Part shown: positions 9,696-16,930 of the stretch, one piece after another
How the letters are laid out: the number at the start of each line of letters is the position of its first letter
Position numbering within the stretch: position 1 is the first letter of the stretch
From: Chlamydiota bacterium
GTDB taxonomy: Bacteria; Auribacterota; JACPWU01
Direction: 5' to 3'
DNA: 30,836 nt
Assembly: GCA_016196885.1 (NCBI GenBank)
Contig: JACPWU010000034.1
Location: forward strand, 1 to 30,836
Notes under the pieces: generated by a model
Seen by the model: the letters and a program-made list of their open reading frames with translations, nothing else
The model's database searches: none
What the model was told of the DNA's origin: nothing
Position numbers and translations under genes: made by a program

Positions 9696-10976
9696 TTTCT
9701 TTAATTTATTCTCCGCCTCTCGAATCAGTTCGATTTGGTTTTTCCCGTCTTCGGGGTAGGTTACGACGGAGGTTTTAAATTCCAAGGTGGAGGGGATGTG
9801 AGATTTAAGGGTTTCTCGAATACGAGATTCCATGACAGAGCTCCCCGATTTATCCGTTTTGGCCAGGACCATGATGTATTCTGCCGCATGGTATTTGAGA
9901 AGCGCATCTCCCGAACGCAAACGGCTGCGTATTTTTTCTTCTAAATTAAGGGCCCATTCTCTTTTCAGGGGATGAGAAGCGTCTGTATCCTGGGGGGTCT
10001 TTTCCACATTAATCAAAAGAAGAGAAAGTTTTTCGTCACGGGCTGTGGCTTGAATCAAGGCCTCTTCCAGAAGGTCATGGAATTGAAGATCAGAATTAAA
10101 AATCGGAAGGGCGAATGTAAAATTGCTTCCCACCCCTAATTCGCTTTCAGCCCAGATTGTCCCATGATGTTGTTCCACAATCGCCTTGCATATCGTAAGG
10201 CCCAGACCCATGCCTTTCCCGATGGCTTCCGATCCAGGAGCGACTGGATTATGCACTTGAACAAATTTATCGAAAATATCTACCAATTTGTCTTTGGGAA
10301 TCCCGCAGCCGTTATCAATGACTTGAATTTCCAGAAAATCTGGTTTCTTTTTGATTTGGATTTTGACGAGACCCTTCTCACGAGGTACATTTTTTAATGC
10401 ATTTCCCATAAGATTGACCAGAACTTGAATGATGCGTGTGGGGTCACAAAAGATGGGGGGGATCTCTTCTTGAGAAGAGGGAAGTTCAACTTTAATCCCT
10501 TGTCGTTCGAAAAGGGTTCTGAGAGATTGCGCCGCTTCATAAATGAGCGTCACGACATTCTGTTTTTCCCGGTGAATTCTCATTTTCCCGGATTCAAGCT
10601 TGGAAATATCTAAAAGTTCTTTGGTGAGGGTGATCAGACGTTCGATATTGCTTTTTGCGATCACCAAATAATCCTGAGTTTCTTGCCCCACTTCTCCAGT
10701 GCCATCCTCGAGGAGGGAGGAAATACATTCTCTCAAGACAGCCAGCGGGGTTCTCAGCTCATGGCTTGCCACAGAAATGAAATCTGACTTAAGCTGATCC
10801 ATGCGGAGCAGTTTTTCGCTCTTTTCTTGAAGCTTCTGATTTTTCTCGACGAGATCGTTGGTGAGCTGGTGGAGGAGGGTGCGGGTCTTTTGTAATTCCT
10901 CATGCTCGACGAGAAAACCCCGCATTTGTTTCTTGAGAGACTCCAGTTCACTTTTCCTTTTCCGAAACGAAAACAT
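9693..10976 (-). CDS. soluble sensor histidine kinase with a C-terminal degenerate GGDEF domain
   Basis: Coiled-coil N-terminus, H-box SHELRTPL, and N/G boxes (NLMGNALKN, DNGCGIP, GMGLGLTICK). The C-terminal ~130 aa align to the GGDEF fold, with RSGD-ALLKY-HAAEY. ATG at 10976 is preceded by GAGGGG; the tracked start 11039 lies in a repeat. Confidence 0.9.
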   Translation of the reverse strand: MFSFRKRKSELESLKKQMRGFLVEHEELQKTRTLLHQLTNDLVEKNQKLQEKSEKLLRMDQLKSDFISVASHELRTPLAVLRECISSLLEDGTGEVGQETQDYLVIAKSNIERLITLTKELLDISKLESGKMRIHREKQNVVTLIYEAAQSLRTLFERQGIKVELPSSQEEIPPIFCDPTRIIQVLVNLMGNALKNVPREKGLVKIQIKKKPDFLEIQVIDNGCGIPKDKLVDIFDKFVQVHNPVAPGSEAIGKGMGLGLTICKAIVEQHHGTIWAESELGVGSNFTFALPIFNSDLQFHDLLEEALIQATARDEKLSLLLINVEKTPQDTDASHPLKREWALNLEEKIRSRLRSGDALLKYHAAEYIMVLAKTDKSGSSVMESRIRETLKSHIPSTLEFKTSVVTYPEDGKNQIELIREAENKLKK

Positions 10977-11191
10977 GAAGCCCCTCTTTAAAATACAATT
11001 TAATTTCAATGACCCTTTTGTGGAGGCCATCGTGTGCAATGAAAGCCCCGCCTGCCTCTATCTCACCTCGCCCCTCCCTTATTTTGTAGTCGCCCCATTT
11101 ATGGGGCTGCCCGATGAATCGGGCGACTACACAAGCTTGAACGAGAGAGAGGAATCCAACATCCATCATCCATGATTCATCATCCACTTTC
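10977..11191 (-). repeat. copy 1 of a ~190-215 nt repeated leader block upstream of the kinase gene (contains the REPIN-like core)
   Basis: The reverse complement of 11085-11191 matches 27862-27968 with 3 mismatches in 107 nt. The remainder down to the start codon is diverged but alignable, including a conserved hairpin (11007-11032). Confidence 0.75.
11085..11131. repeat. REPIN-like doublet (two inverted GTAG-hairpin modules)
   Basis: TGTAGTCGCCCCATTTATGGGGC-T-GCCCGATGAATCGGGCGACTACA. The outer 9-bp stem TGTAGTCGC/GCGACTACA encloses two 6-bp-stem hairpins. Confidence 0.85.
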
Positions 11192-11237
11192 ACCTGAAAA
11201 TAGTCTTTAGTCATTCTTATACAATGACTCATGATAG

Positions 11238-11315
11238 CTTGTAGTCGCCCGATTTATCGGGCAATGCCCAATACCCCAATGTCATAGACCGCCCCATAAA
11301 TGGGGCGACTACAAG
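11238..11315. repeat. REPIN-like doublet with a 27-nt spacer
   Basis: CTTGTAGTCGCCCGATTTATCGGGC ... GCCCCATAAATGGGGCGACTACAAG. Confidence 0.85.
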
Positions 11316-11330
11316 GGTGATTGAGATACA

Positions 11331-11387
11331 CTTTGATTTTTGATTTGTCATTTTAATTTTTGATCTTTGGATTTTGATTTCTATTTT
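11331..11387. repeat. unpaired TTTTGAT heptamer tract upstream of pilB
   Basis: CTTTGATTTTTGATTTGTCATTTTAATTTTTGATCTTTGGATTTTGATTTC. Resembles the right arm of the hairpin at 13206-13240. Confidence 0.6.
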
Positions 11388-11408
11388 CCACTACCCACAC
11401 AAGATTTA

Positions 11409-11438
11409 ATGACTGAGAAACTAAACATATGCTATCAT
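11409..11438 (+). promoter_or_regulatory. candidate promoter for pilB (ATGACT -35, 18-nt spacer, extended -10 TGcTATCAT)
   Basis: Hexamers read from sequence. pilB ATG 11463 has no obvious SD, so a short leader is plausible. Confidence 0.25.
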
Positions 11439-11462
11439 CATTCTAACTGAATCTTCTCCCGT

Positions 11463-13139
11463 ATGCACGAAATTAATGCAGAGGCGATTGGGAAGGAATT
11501 GTTAGACCGCAAATGGATCTCCCCTGAGATTCTGGATCGAGCCTTTGAGGAGATGGGCAGGGGTTTTCCCTTTGATGAGGCTCTCTTAAAAACCGGTGTG
11601 GTGAAGGAAAGGCAATTTTATCAAGCGGTTGCAAAGGTTTTGAGACTCCCCTTCGTTGATTTGTCTGATTATCGAGTAGACCCTCAAGTGGTAAATCTTC
11701 TTTCCTCAGAATTGGCTAAAGAATTCTGTGTCTTCCCTCTTTTTAAAATCAAAGACAGTTTGGCTGTGGTGACGGCCGATCCTACCAACATGTTTGTGCT
11801 GGATCGCATTCGTGAAGAATCAGACATGATGGAGGTAGATCAAATGGTAGGGGCCCAGTCGGAAATTAAGAATTTAATTGATCAATATTATGGGGCCGGT
11901 CACTCCATGGGAAACTTGGTGGAGACTTTACAGGAAAAAGAGATACGGACGGCAGAGCCCCTTGCCGCTGAAATTTCTGCCACGGGCTCTCTCCTAGAAC
12001 AGCCGGTGGTCCAATTCATTGATTTTCTTCTAGAGCATGCAGTCAAGGAAAAGGCCAGCGACATTCATATTGAACCTGATGCGAATGCGCTTCGTGTCAG
12101 GATTAGAATGGATGGTCTTTTGCACGACATACCGGCCCCGCCTAAAAAATTTGAGTTGGCCATTATCTGTCGGATTAAAGTTTTAGCGGATATGAACATT
12201 GCAGAAAATCGCATTCCTCAGGATGGGCGTTTTTCTACCTTGGTGGGAGGAAAGAAAATTGATTTGCGTGTTTCAACCGTTCCCACGGTTTGGGGTGAGA
12301 ATTTGGCTTTGAGAATTTTAGACACAACTACGTTGAAATTGGATCTCAAAGATTTGGGTTTATCGCCTCAGGCCTTAGACCTTTTTCAAAAGTTCATCGC
12401 GAAACCTTATGGAATGATTTTGGTGACGGGTCCTACGGGGAGCGGGAAAACGACTACGCTCTATACCGCTTTACACAAGATCAATTCCCCTGAGGATAAT
12501 ATTGTGACCATTGAGGATCCTGTTGAATATCGCTTGGAGATGATTCGTCAGATTCAAGTGAATCCGAAAGTGGGTTTAACCTTTGCCACGGGCTTGAGGG
12601 CGATTGTGCGTCAGGATCCGGATGTCATCATGGTGGGAGAAATCCGGGATTTAGAGACGGCCCAGATTGCGGTTCAATCGGCCCTCACGGGCCATTTGGT
12701 TTTTAGTACGCTTCACACCAATGATGCCGCAGGGGCGGCCGTGCGCTTGATTGAAATGGGGATGGAGCCCTTTTTGGTTTCTTCTTCTGTGATTGGGGTT
12801 GCGGGGCAACGGTTGGTGAGAGTGCTCTGTCAGAAATGTAAGAAGGGGGATGTTGTTCCAGAAATGGTTTTAGAAAAATTTTCATTGAAAGGGGCTTCTC
12901 TCATGAAGGGAAGTGGATGTCAAGCTTGTCATCAAACGGGTTTCCGAGGGCGCATCGGGATTTTTGAAATTTTAGAATTGACTGAAGAAATTTGCCATCT
13001 TATTTTGATGAAGGCGTCGGCCAGCCAAATTCAGAAAAAGGCGATTGAGCTTGGAATGCAGACCATGCTCGAAGATGGTTTGGATAAAGTGAGAAAAGGT
13101 GTGACGACGTTGGATGAGGTGCTGAGGGTGGCGGAGTAG
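11463..13139 (+). CDS. pilB: type IV pilus assembly / T2SS ATPase (PilB/GspE family)
   Basis: N-terminal T2SSE_N domain, Walker A GPTGSGKTTT, Walker B DVIMVGEIRD, His box TGHLVFSTLHTNDA and tetra-Cys CQKC...CQAC. Confidence 0.95.
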   Translation: MHEINAEAIGKELLDRKWISPEILDRAFEEMGRGFPFDEALLKTGVVKERQFYQAVAKVLRLPFVDLSDYRVDPQVVNLLSSELAKEFCVFPLFKIKDSLAVVTADPTNMFVLDRIREESDMMEVDQMVGAQSEIKNLIDQYYGAGHSMGNLVETLQEKEIRTAEPLAAEISATGSLLEQPVVQFIDFLLEHAVKEKASDIHIEPDANALRVRIRMDGLLHDIPAPPKKFELAIICRIKVLADMNIAENRIPQDGRFSTLVGGKKIDLRVSTVPTVWGENLALRILDTTTLKLDLKDLGLSPQALDLFQKFIAKPYGMILVTGPTGSGKTTTLYTALHKINSPEDNIVTIEDPVEYRLEMIRQIQVNPKVGLTFATGLRAIVRQDPDVIMVGEIRDLETAQIAVQSALTGHLVFSTLHTNDAAGAAVRLIEMGMEPFLVSSSVIGVAGQRLVRVLCQKCKKGDVVPEMVLEKFSLKGASLMKGSGCQACHQTGFRGRIGIFEILELTEEICHLILMKASASQIQKKAIELGMQTMLEDGLDKVRKGVTTLDEVLRVAE

Positions 13140-13142
13140 AGA

Positions 13143-13240
13143 AAATATCAAAAATCAAAAATCAAAATGCAAAATGAAGGAGTTTATTTATTAAATTCTT
13201 CCTTAATTTTGATTTTTGATATTTGATTTTTGGATTTTTT
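13143..13240. repeat. heptamer-arm hairpin (ATCAAAA/TTTTGAT units) between pilB and pilC
   Basis: Arms AAAATATCAAAAATCAAAAATCAAAATGCAAAAT and ATTTTGATTTTTGATATTTGATTTTTGGATTTTTT. Loop contains GAAGGAGTTTAT. Confidence 0.75.
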
Positions 13241-13251
13241 AGGGGTCAAAT

Positions 13252-14472
13252 ATGCCCACATTTTCCTACCGTGCTTGTACCGATGATGGCCAGGTGATAC
13301 GGGGTTTGGTTGAAGCGATTTCTCGTGAGGCGGCCGAAGGAGAGCTCCGTCGTCAAGGTCACACGCCTTTGAAAGTGAGGGCGGCTCATCCCCAGTTTGA
13401 AAAATGGTTTGAAAGACTGGAGTTCGCCTTTGCGGGGGGGAGAGAATCCTGCATCCTTTTCACCCGCCAATTGAGAAGTCTTTTGATCGCCGGTATTCCC
13501 ATTGTCAAGGCTCTGGATGTTATTTTGAAACAGACGGACTCTAAACTTTTTAAGAGGGTGTTGGTCCAGATGTTGAAAGATATTGAAACCGGTTCAGAGT
13601 TCTCAGGCGCCTTGGCCCGTTTTCCGAAGGTGTTTCCAGAAATTTATGTCAATACAGTGAAGGCGGGAGAGGTCGGCGGTATTTTAGCTGAGGTCTTAGA
13701 GAGATTGGCGAGTTATCTGGAGTATGAAATGAAGGTCAAAAGGGAAATAAAGTCTGCTCTGAGATATCCTGTGATTGTGGTTTCTTCCCTTCTTCTTGCT
13801 TCTTTTTTCTTCAGTCTTTTTGTCATTCCAAAATTTGCCCAAATTTTTAGCACCTTAAAAATTAATCTACCTCTTCCGACACGGATTGTTTTTAAAGTTG
13901 GGACTTTTCTGGGGGCTCATGTTTTGAGCGTACTGATGGTTTTGTTTTTAATCGGCTCATCCCTCATTTTTTATGTCAGGACGGAAAAGGGACGAAAAGG
14001 ATGGGATCGGTGGAAACTTAAAATACCCATTTTTGGAGACATTGTTCATAAGACCCTTTTACTGCGTTTTTCCTGGATGCTCAGAATGATGTATCAAAGT
14101 GGTTTACCCATTGTGAGGGCGCTTCACATTGTGGGAGGGACCCTTCAGAATCGTGTCTTTGAAAAAGAGCTTCAGGAAGCGAGTCTAAAGGTCGAAGGGG
14201 GAGAGCCTCTTTCGGGTTATCTCGCAACCAGTTCTTATTTTCCACCCATGGTGACTTACATGATCGCCACGGGAGAAAAATCGGGGTCATTGGATCAGAT
14301 GTTAGACGAGGTTTCAAGGCATTATGAAATGGAGCTCAATTATAAAATTCGAAACATCATGGTGCTGATTGAACCTGTGGTGACCCTTTTTTTAGGCGTC
14401 GGAGTCCTGATTTTCACCCTCGCTGTTTTTCTGCCGATTTGGAGTTTGATAGAGATTGCTAAGAGACATTAA
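13252..14472 (+). CDS. pilC: type IV pilus / T2SS inner-membrane platform protein (PilC/GspF family)
   Basis: Two GspF-type repeats and three TM segments. 406 aa, immediately after pilB. Confidence 0.95.
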   Translation: MPTFSYRACTDDGQVIRGLVEAISREAAEGELRRQGHTPLKVRAAHPQFEKWFERLEFAFAGGRESCILFTRQLRSLLIAGIPIVKALDVILKQTDSKLFKRVLVQMLKDIETGSEFSGALARFPKVFPEIYVNTVKAGEVGGILAEVLERLASYLEYEMKVKREIKSALRYPVIVVSSLLLASFFFSLFVIPKFAQIFSTLKINLPLPTRIVFKVGTFLGAHVLSVLMVLFLIGSSLIFYVRTEKGRKGWDRWKLKIPIFGDIVHKTLLLRFSWMLRMMYQSGLPIVRALHIVGGTLQNRVFEKELQEASLKVEGGEPLSGYLATSSYFPPMVTYMIATGEKSGSLDQMLDEVSRHYEMELNYKIRNIMVLIEPVVTLFLGVGVLIFTLAVFLPIWSLIEIAKRH

Positions 14473-14507
14473 CATATTTGTTTGCAATAGGTTGCGTCCT
14501 TTTTTGT

Positions 14508-14536
14508 TTGACAAAAGGTTTTTTAGATGGTAGGTT
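14508..14536 (+). promoter_or_regulatory. candidate sigma70-type promoter for the pilin gene (TTGACA, 17-nt spacer, TAGGTT)
   Basis: Perfect -35 at 14508-14513. The -10 at 14531-14536 keeps T1, A2 and T6. Lies ~50 nt upstream of the pilin ATG. Confidence 0.35.
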
Positions 14537-14585
14537 AACATATGGAATGGGAATGCGCTTCAACCTAAATAAAAAAGGGGGAGCG

Positions 14586-15035
14586 ATGCCTATGAAAAAA
14601 GAGAGAGGCTTTACCCTCATTGAGTTGGTGGTGGTTCTCGCCATCATTGGAATTCTTGCCGTTCTCGCCTTACCGAGATTTATTACCCTGACTTCAGAGT
14701 CCCGTATCGCTAGCGTAAACAGTGTTACTGGGAGTTTACGCAGTGCTGTCGCTTTGGCGAAAGCGAAATACAGAGCTGTCGGAGATACGGCGGCCACGAC
14801 GGTTAGCATGGATGGGACCCTTGTGACTGTCACTTCAGGAGCAGGTGCCAATGCAGGTGTTCCGGCTGGAACTGCTGCGGGTATTGGAACAGCTTTGCAG
14901 GATACGACGGGTTATACGATAGATTATACGACGGCGACTGCTGTTACATTCCGTCCTTCTGGGGGTAGTTCAACGTGTCAAGCCAGTTACAGTGGGACAG
15001 ATGGGGCTGTAACGACGACAACGACTGGATGCTGA
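14586..15035 (+). CDS. pilA: major type IV pilin / pseudopilin (PilA/GspG-like), 149 aa
   Basis: Class III signal MPMKKERG|FTLIELVVVLAIIGILA with Glu at +5. SD AAGGGGGA lies upstream of ATG 14586. C-terminal Cys pair (STCQ...TTGC). The tracked start 14478 is an upstream extension. Confidence 0.85.
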   Translation: MPMKKERGFTLIELVVVLAIIGILAVLALPRFITLTSESRIASVNSVTGSLRSAVALAKAKYRAVGDTAATTVSMDGTLVTVTSGAGANAGVPAGTAAGIGTALQDTTGYTIDYTTATAVTFRPSGGSSTCQASYSGTDGAVTTTTTGC

Positions 15036-15508
15036 AGACTTCAGGTTTTACTTTGATTGAGCTTGTGGTGGTTATTTCCGTCATGGCCTTGTTGGCCGTT
15101 CTTGTCGTTTCTCGGGGTGTGACTGATTATCAAGCCCCTATCGCAGCTCAGAAATTAGCTTCTGATATTGAATATGCTCAGGCGCTCGCCGTGAGCACTG
15201 CCACTCGATGTGGTGTAGATTTCAGTGTCGCCTCCAATCGCTACACCGTTTTTTCTGGAACTCCTGCAACCCCTGTGAGCGATCCTGTAAATGGGGGGAA
15301 TTACACCGTTCAATATGGCAGTGGAAATTATTCCGAAGTGACCCTCTCCAGTGTTAGTTTCAATGCAACCACGACACTTTATTTTGATTCAAGAGGACGA
15401 CCCTTGGATTCTTCTGGGAATCTTTTAACATCGGATGGCACTGCAGTGCTTAATGGACCTCGGACGGTGACTGTGACGCAGGACACGGGGGTTGTGAGGG
15501 TGAGTTAA
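15029..15508 (+). CDS. minor pseudopilin, FimT/GspH-like
   Basis: MLKTSG|FTLIELVVVISVMALLAV prepilin N-terminus. The AAQKLASDIEYAQALA segment is typical of GspH/FimT. The ATG overlaps the pilin stop (ATGCTGA). Confidence 0.8.
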   Translation: MLKTSGFTLIELVVVISVMALLAVLVVSRGVTDYQAPIAAQKLASDIEYAQALAVSTATRCGVDFSVASNRYTVFSGTPATPVSDPVNGGNYTVQYGSGNYSEVTLSSVSFNATTTLYFDSRGRPLDSSGNLLTSDGTAVLNGPRTVTVTQDTGVVRVS

Positions 15509-15510
15509 TG

Positions 15511-15732
15511 AAAATTTTATTTAGGTGGGTCCTGTCCCTCCTCACCCAGCAAAGGAGGCCCGCTGCCTGTGGCAGAGGAAGGGCCGACTGCGGTAGTAGA
15601 TGTTTTTTTACCTTGTACTGCGTCGGCATCGGTTTCGGAGTTGTTATAGACGGAAATGTTAGAGTGAAGGACTCTACCTGCTGGCGCACGGTGGGGGGCC
15701 CCCAGTCGAGCCACCCACCTAAATAAAATTTT
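15511..15732. repeat. 222-bp element with 19-bp perfect terminal inverted repeats, inserted between two pseudopilin genes
   Basis: AAAATTTTATTTAGGTGGG (15511-15529) and CCCACCTAAATAAAATTTT (15714-15732). The interior is visibly more GC-rich than the flanks and only weakly self-complementary. Confidence 0.8.
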
Positions 15733-15744
15733 TATGGGGAGAGG

Positions 15745-16278
15745 ATGGATAGAAAATCCGGTTTCACCTTCATCGAACTTGTCATTGTCATCACAGTCAT
15801 CGCCTTGGCTTTTCCGACCCTTCTTTATTATTTTTTTAATGTAAAGGCGAGTTTGGATGAGTTTCGTCTTCGGAGCTTGGCCGTTCAATTGGCTGAGGAT
15901 TTGATGGAGGAGGTTGCATCGAAGAAATGGGATGAGAATCGAACGCAGGGACCCGTGGTCGATTCCTCAAAAACAGCTGCCGCAAGTCTGGGACCGGAAG
16001 CAGGGGAATCTCGATCTGCATCAGGGGCAACCCGTTTTGATGATGTGGATGATTACAATGGGCTTTCTGAAAGTCCTCCTCTAGATTCCCAAGGAAGTAG
16101 TATCGGTGGTTTTTCTGAATTTACCAGAACCGCTCAGGTTTCTTATGTGAATTCAAGTGATTTGGATACGACCGTTGCGAGTTCACCCCCTCCCAATTAT
16201 AAAAGGGTGTCTGTAACAGTCTCCTGGAGCGGAAGTGGGAATTCTGTCGATGTAGTGGATGTGTTTGGGAATAGGTAG
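15745..16278 (+). CDS. minor pseudopilin (PilV/GspI-like prepilin-type N-terminal domain protein)
   Basis: MDRKSG|FTFIELVIVITVIALAF, with SD GGAGAGG upstream. Confidence 0.8.
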   Translation: MDRKSGFTFIELVIVITVIALAFPTLLYYFFNVKASLDEFRLRSLAVQLAEDLMEEVASKKWDENRTQGPVVDSSKTAAASLGPEAGESRSASGATRFDDVDDYNGLSESPPLDSQGSSIGGFSEFTRTAQVSYVNSSDLDTTVASSPPPNYKRVSVTVSWSGSGNSVDVVDVFGNR

Positions 16279-16297
16279 GAAGAAAAGGTGTTTTCGT

Positions 16298-16370
16298 AAC
16301 CCCTCCAGCTCCCCTTATCCTAAGGGGAGAGTTTCTCCCCTCTTAAGATTAAGAGGGGTTGGGGGAGTTA
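16298..16370. repeat. C-rich Y-shaped palindromic element, copy 1 (reverse orientation)
   Basis: AACCCCTCCAGCTCCCCTTATCCTAAGGGGAGAGTTTCTCCCCTCTTAAGATTAAGAGGGGTTGGGGGAGTTA: an outer stem plus two inner hairpins. Homologous to 19388-19463 and part of 27757-27853. Confidence 0.75.
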
Positions 16371-16423
16371 TGAATGCTTTTTTAAAGCTTTTTTGTTTCA
16401 TCAAATACTCTAGGGCAACTCTG

Positions 16424-16930
16424 ATGAAAAATGGCCAGCACACGAAAAAAGGCTTCACCCTCATCGAAGCCCTCGCGGGCATTGTCATTATTGGGATTCT
16501 GGCAGCGGCTATCGCCATGCCTCTTAACATGGGGGCTCGCGCCTATGTGACAGGACAGAGTTTAATGCGCTCGCAAGAGATAGGACGGGTGGCCTTGTGG
16601 AGGATAGAACGCGATTTGAGAAAATTGAGAAAGGGGAATTTAACAGTTGCTGATACTTCGACACTGACTTTTACAGATGCCTATCAGGACAGCATCACCT
16701 TTTCTTTTTCGGGAGGGCAGCTTCTGAAAAATGGTTTTCTTTTAGCGGATTCTGTTTCTGCAATTACATTTACTTATTATGATTCAACCAATACGGTGTT
16801 AAGTCCTCTACCCTTGTCTCTCACGAATCGGGCCAATGTTTATATGATTCGTATGTTTCTGATCCTAACGGTAGGAGGAGAGTCCTACAATTTTGAGGAA
16901 CAGATTTTTCCAAGAGACTTGAGGTTCTGA
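16424..16930 (+). CDS. minor pseudopilin, PilW/GspJ-like
   Basis: MKNGQHTKKG|FTLIEALAGIVIIGILAAA. The body resembles GspJ/PilW (TLTFTD...ITFSFSGGQLLKNG...ITFTYYD). The tracked start 16259 runs through the repeat. Confidence 0.75.
   Translation: MKNGQHTKKGFTLIEALAGIVIIGILAAAIAMPLNMGARAYVTGQSLMRSQEIGRVALWRIERDLRKLRKGNLTVADTSTLTFTDAYQDSITFSFSGGQLLKNGFLLADSVSAITFTYYDSTNTVLSPLPLSLTNRANVYMIRMFLILTVGGESYNFEEQIFPRDLRF

Noticed and set aside
9640-9700. SD-like AAGGAG in hairpin loops (for example 9646-9651 and 13178-13183) initiating small ORFs.
   Set aside because: No start codon lies at proper spacing with a meaningful downstream frame. The only frame available at 9640 runs antisense into the kinase gene.
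10858-11232. Overlapping 105-aa (+) and 94-aa (-) ORFs in the kinase-pilB intergenic region.
   Set aside because: Both run through the REPIN-like core and the leader repeat. They are mutually antisense and lack an RBS. The kinase start at 10976 with a GAGGGG SD explains the region better.
14540-14560. Sigma54 (-24/-12) promoter upstream of the major pilin, as in many T4P systems (TGGAATGGGAATGCG).
   Set aside because: The GG and GC dinucleotides are separated by 9 nt rather than the required 10, and the rest of the consensus (TGGCAC-N5-TTGCW) is poor. A sigma70-like TTGACA-17-TAGGTT is a better, though still tentative, fit.
15508-15888. 72-aa (+) and 123-aa (-) ORFs in and around the 222-bp TIR element.
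   Set aside because: Arg/Gly/Cys/Pro-rich translations of a GC-rich palindromic element, with no RBS. The minus ORF is antisense to a well-supported pseudopilin gene.
14478-16423. Upstream extensions of the pilin-family ORFs in the track (14478-14585, 14975-15028, 16259-16423). Similar extensions occur at 6861-6893 (rodA), 25226-25276 (trxB), 27302-27406 (DHH) and 10977-11039 (kinase).
   Set aside because: The class III signal peptides, family N-termini and SD sequences define internal starts. The extensions run through repeats, promoters or neighbouring genes.
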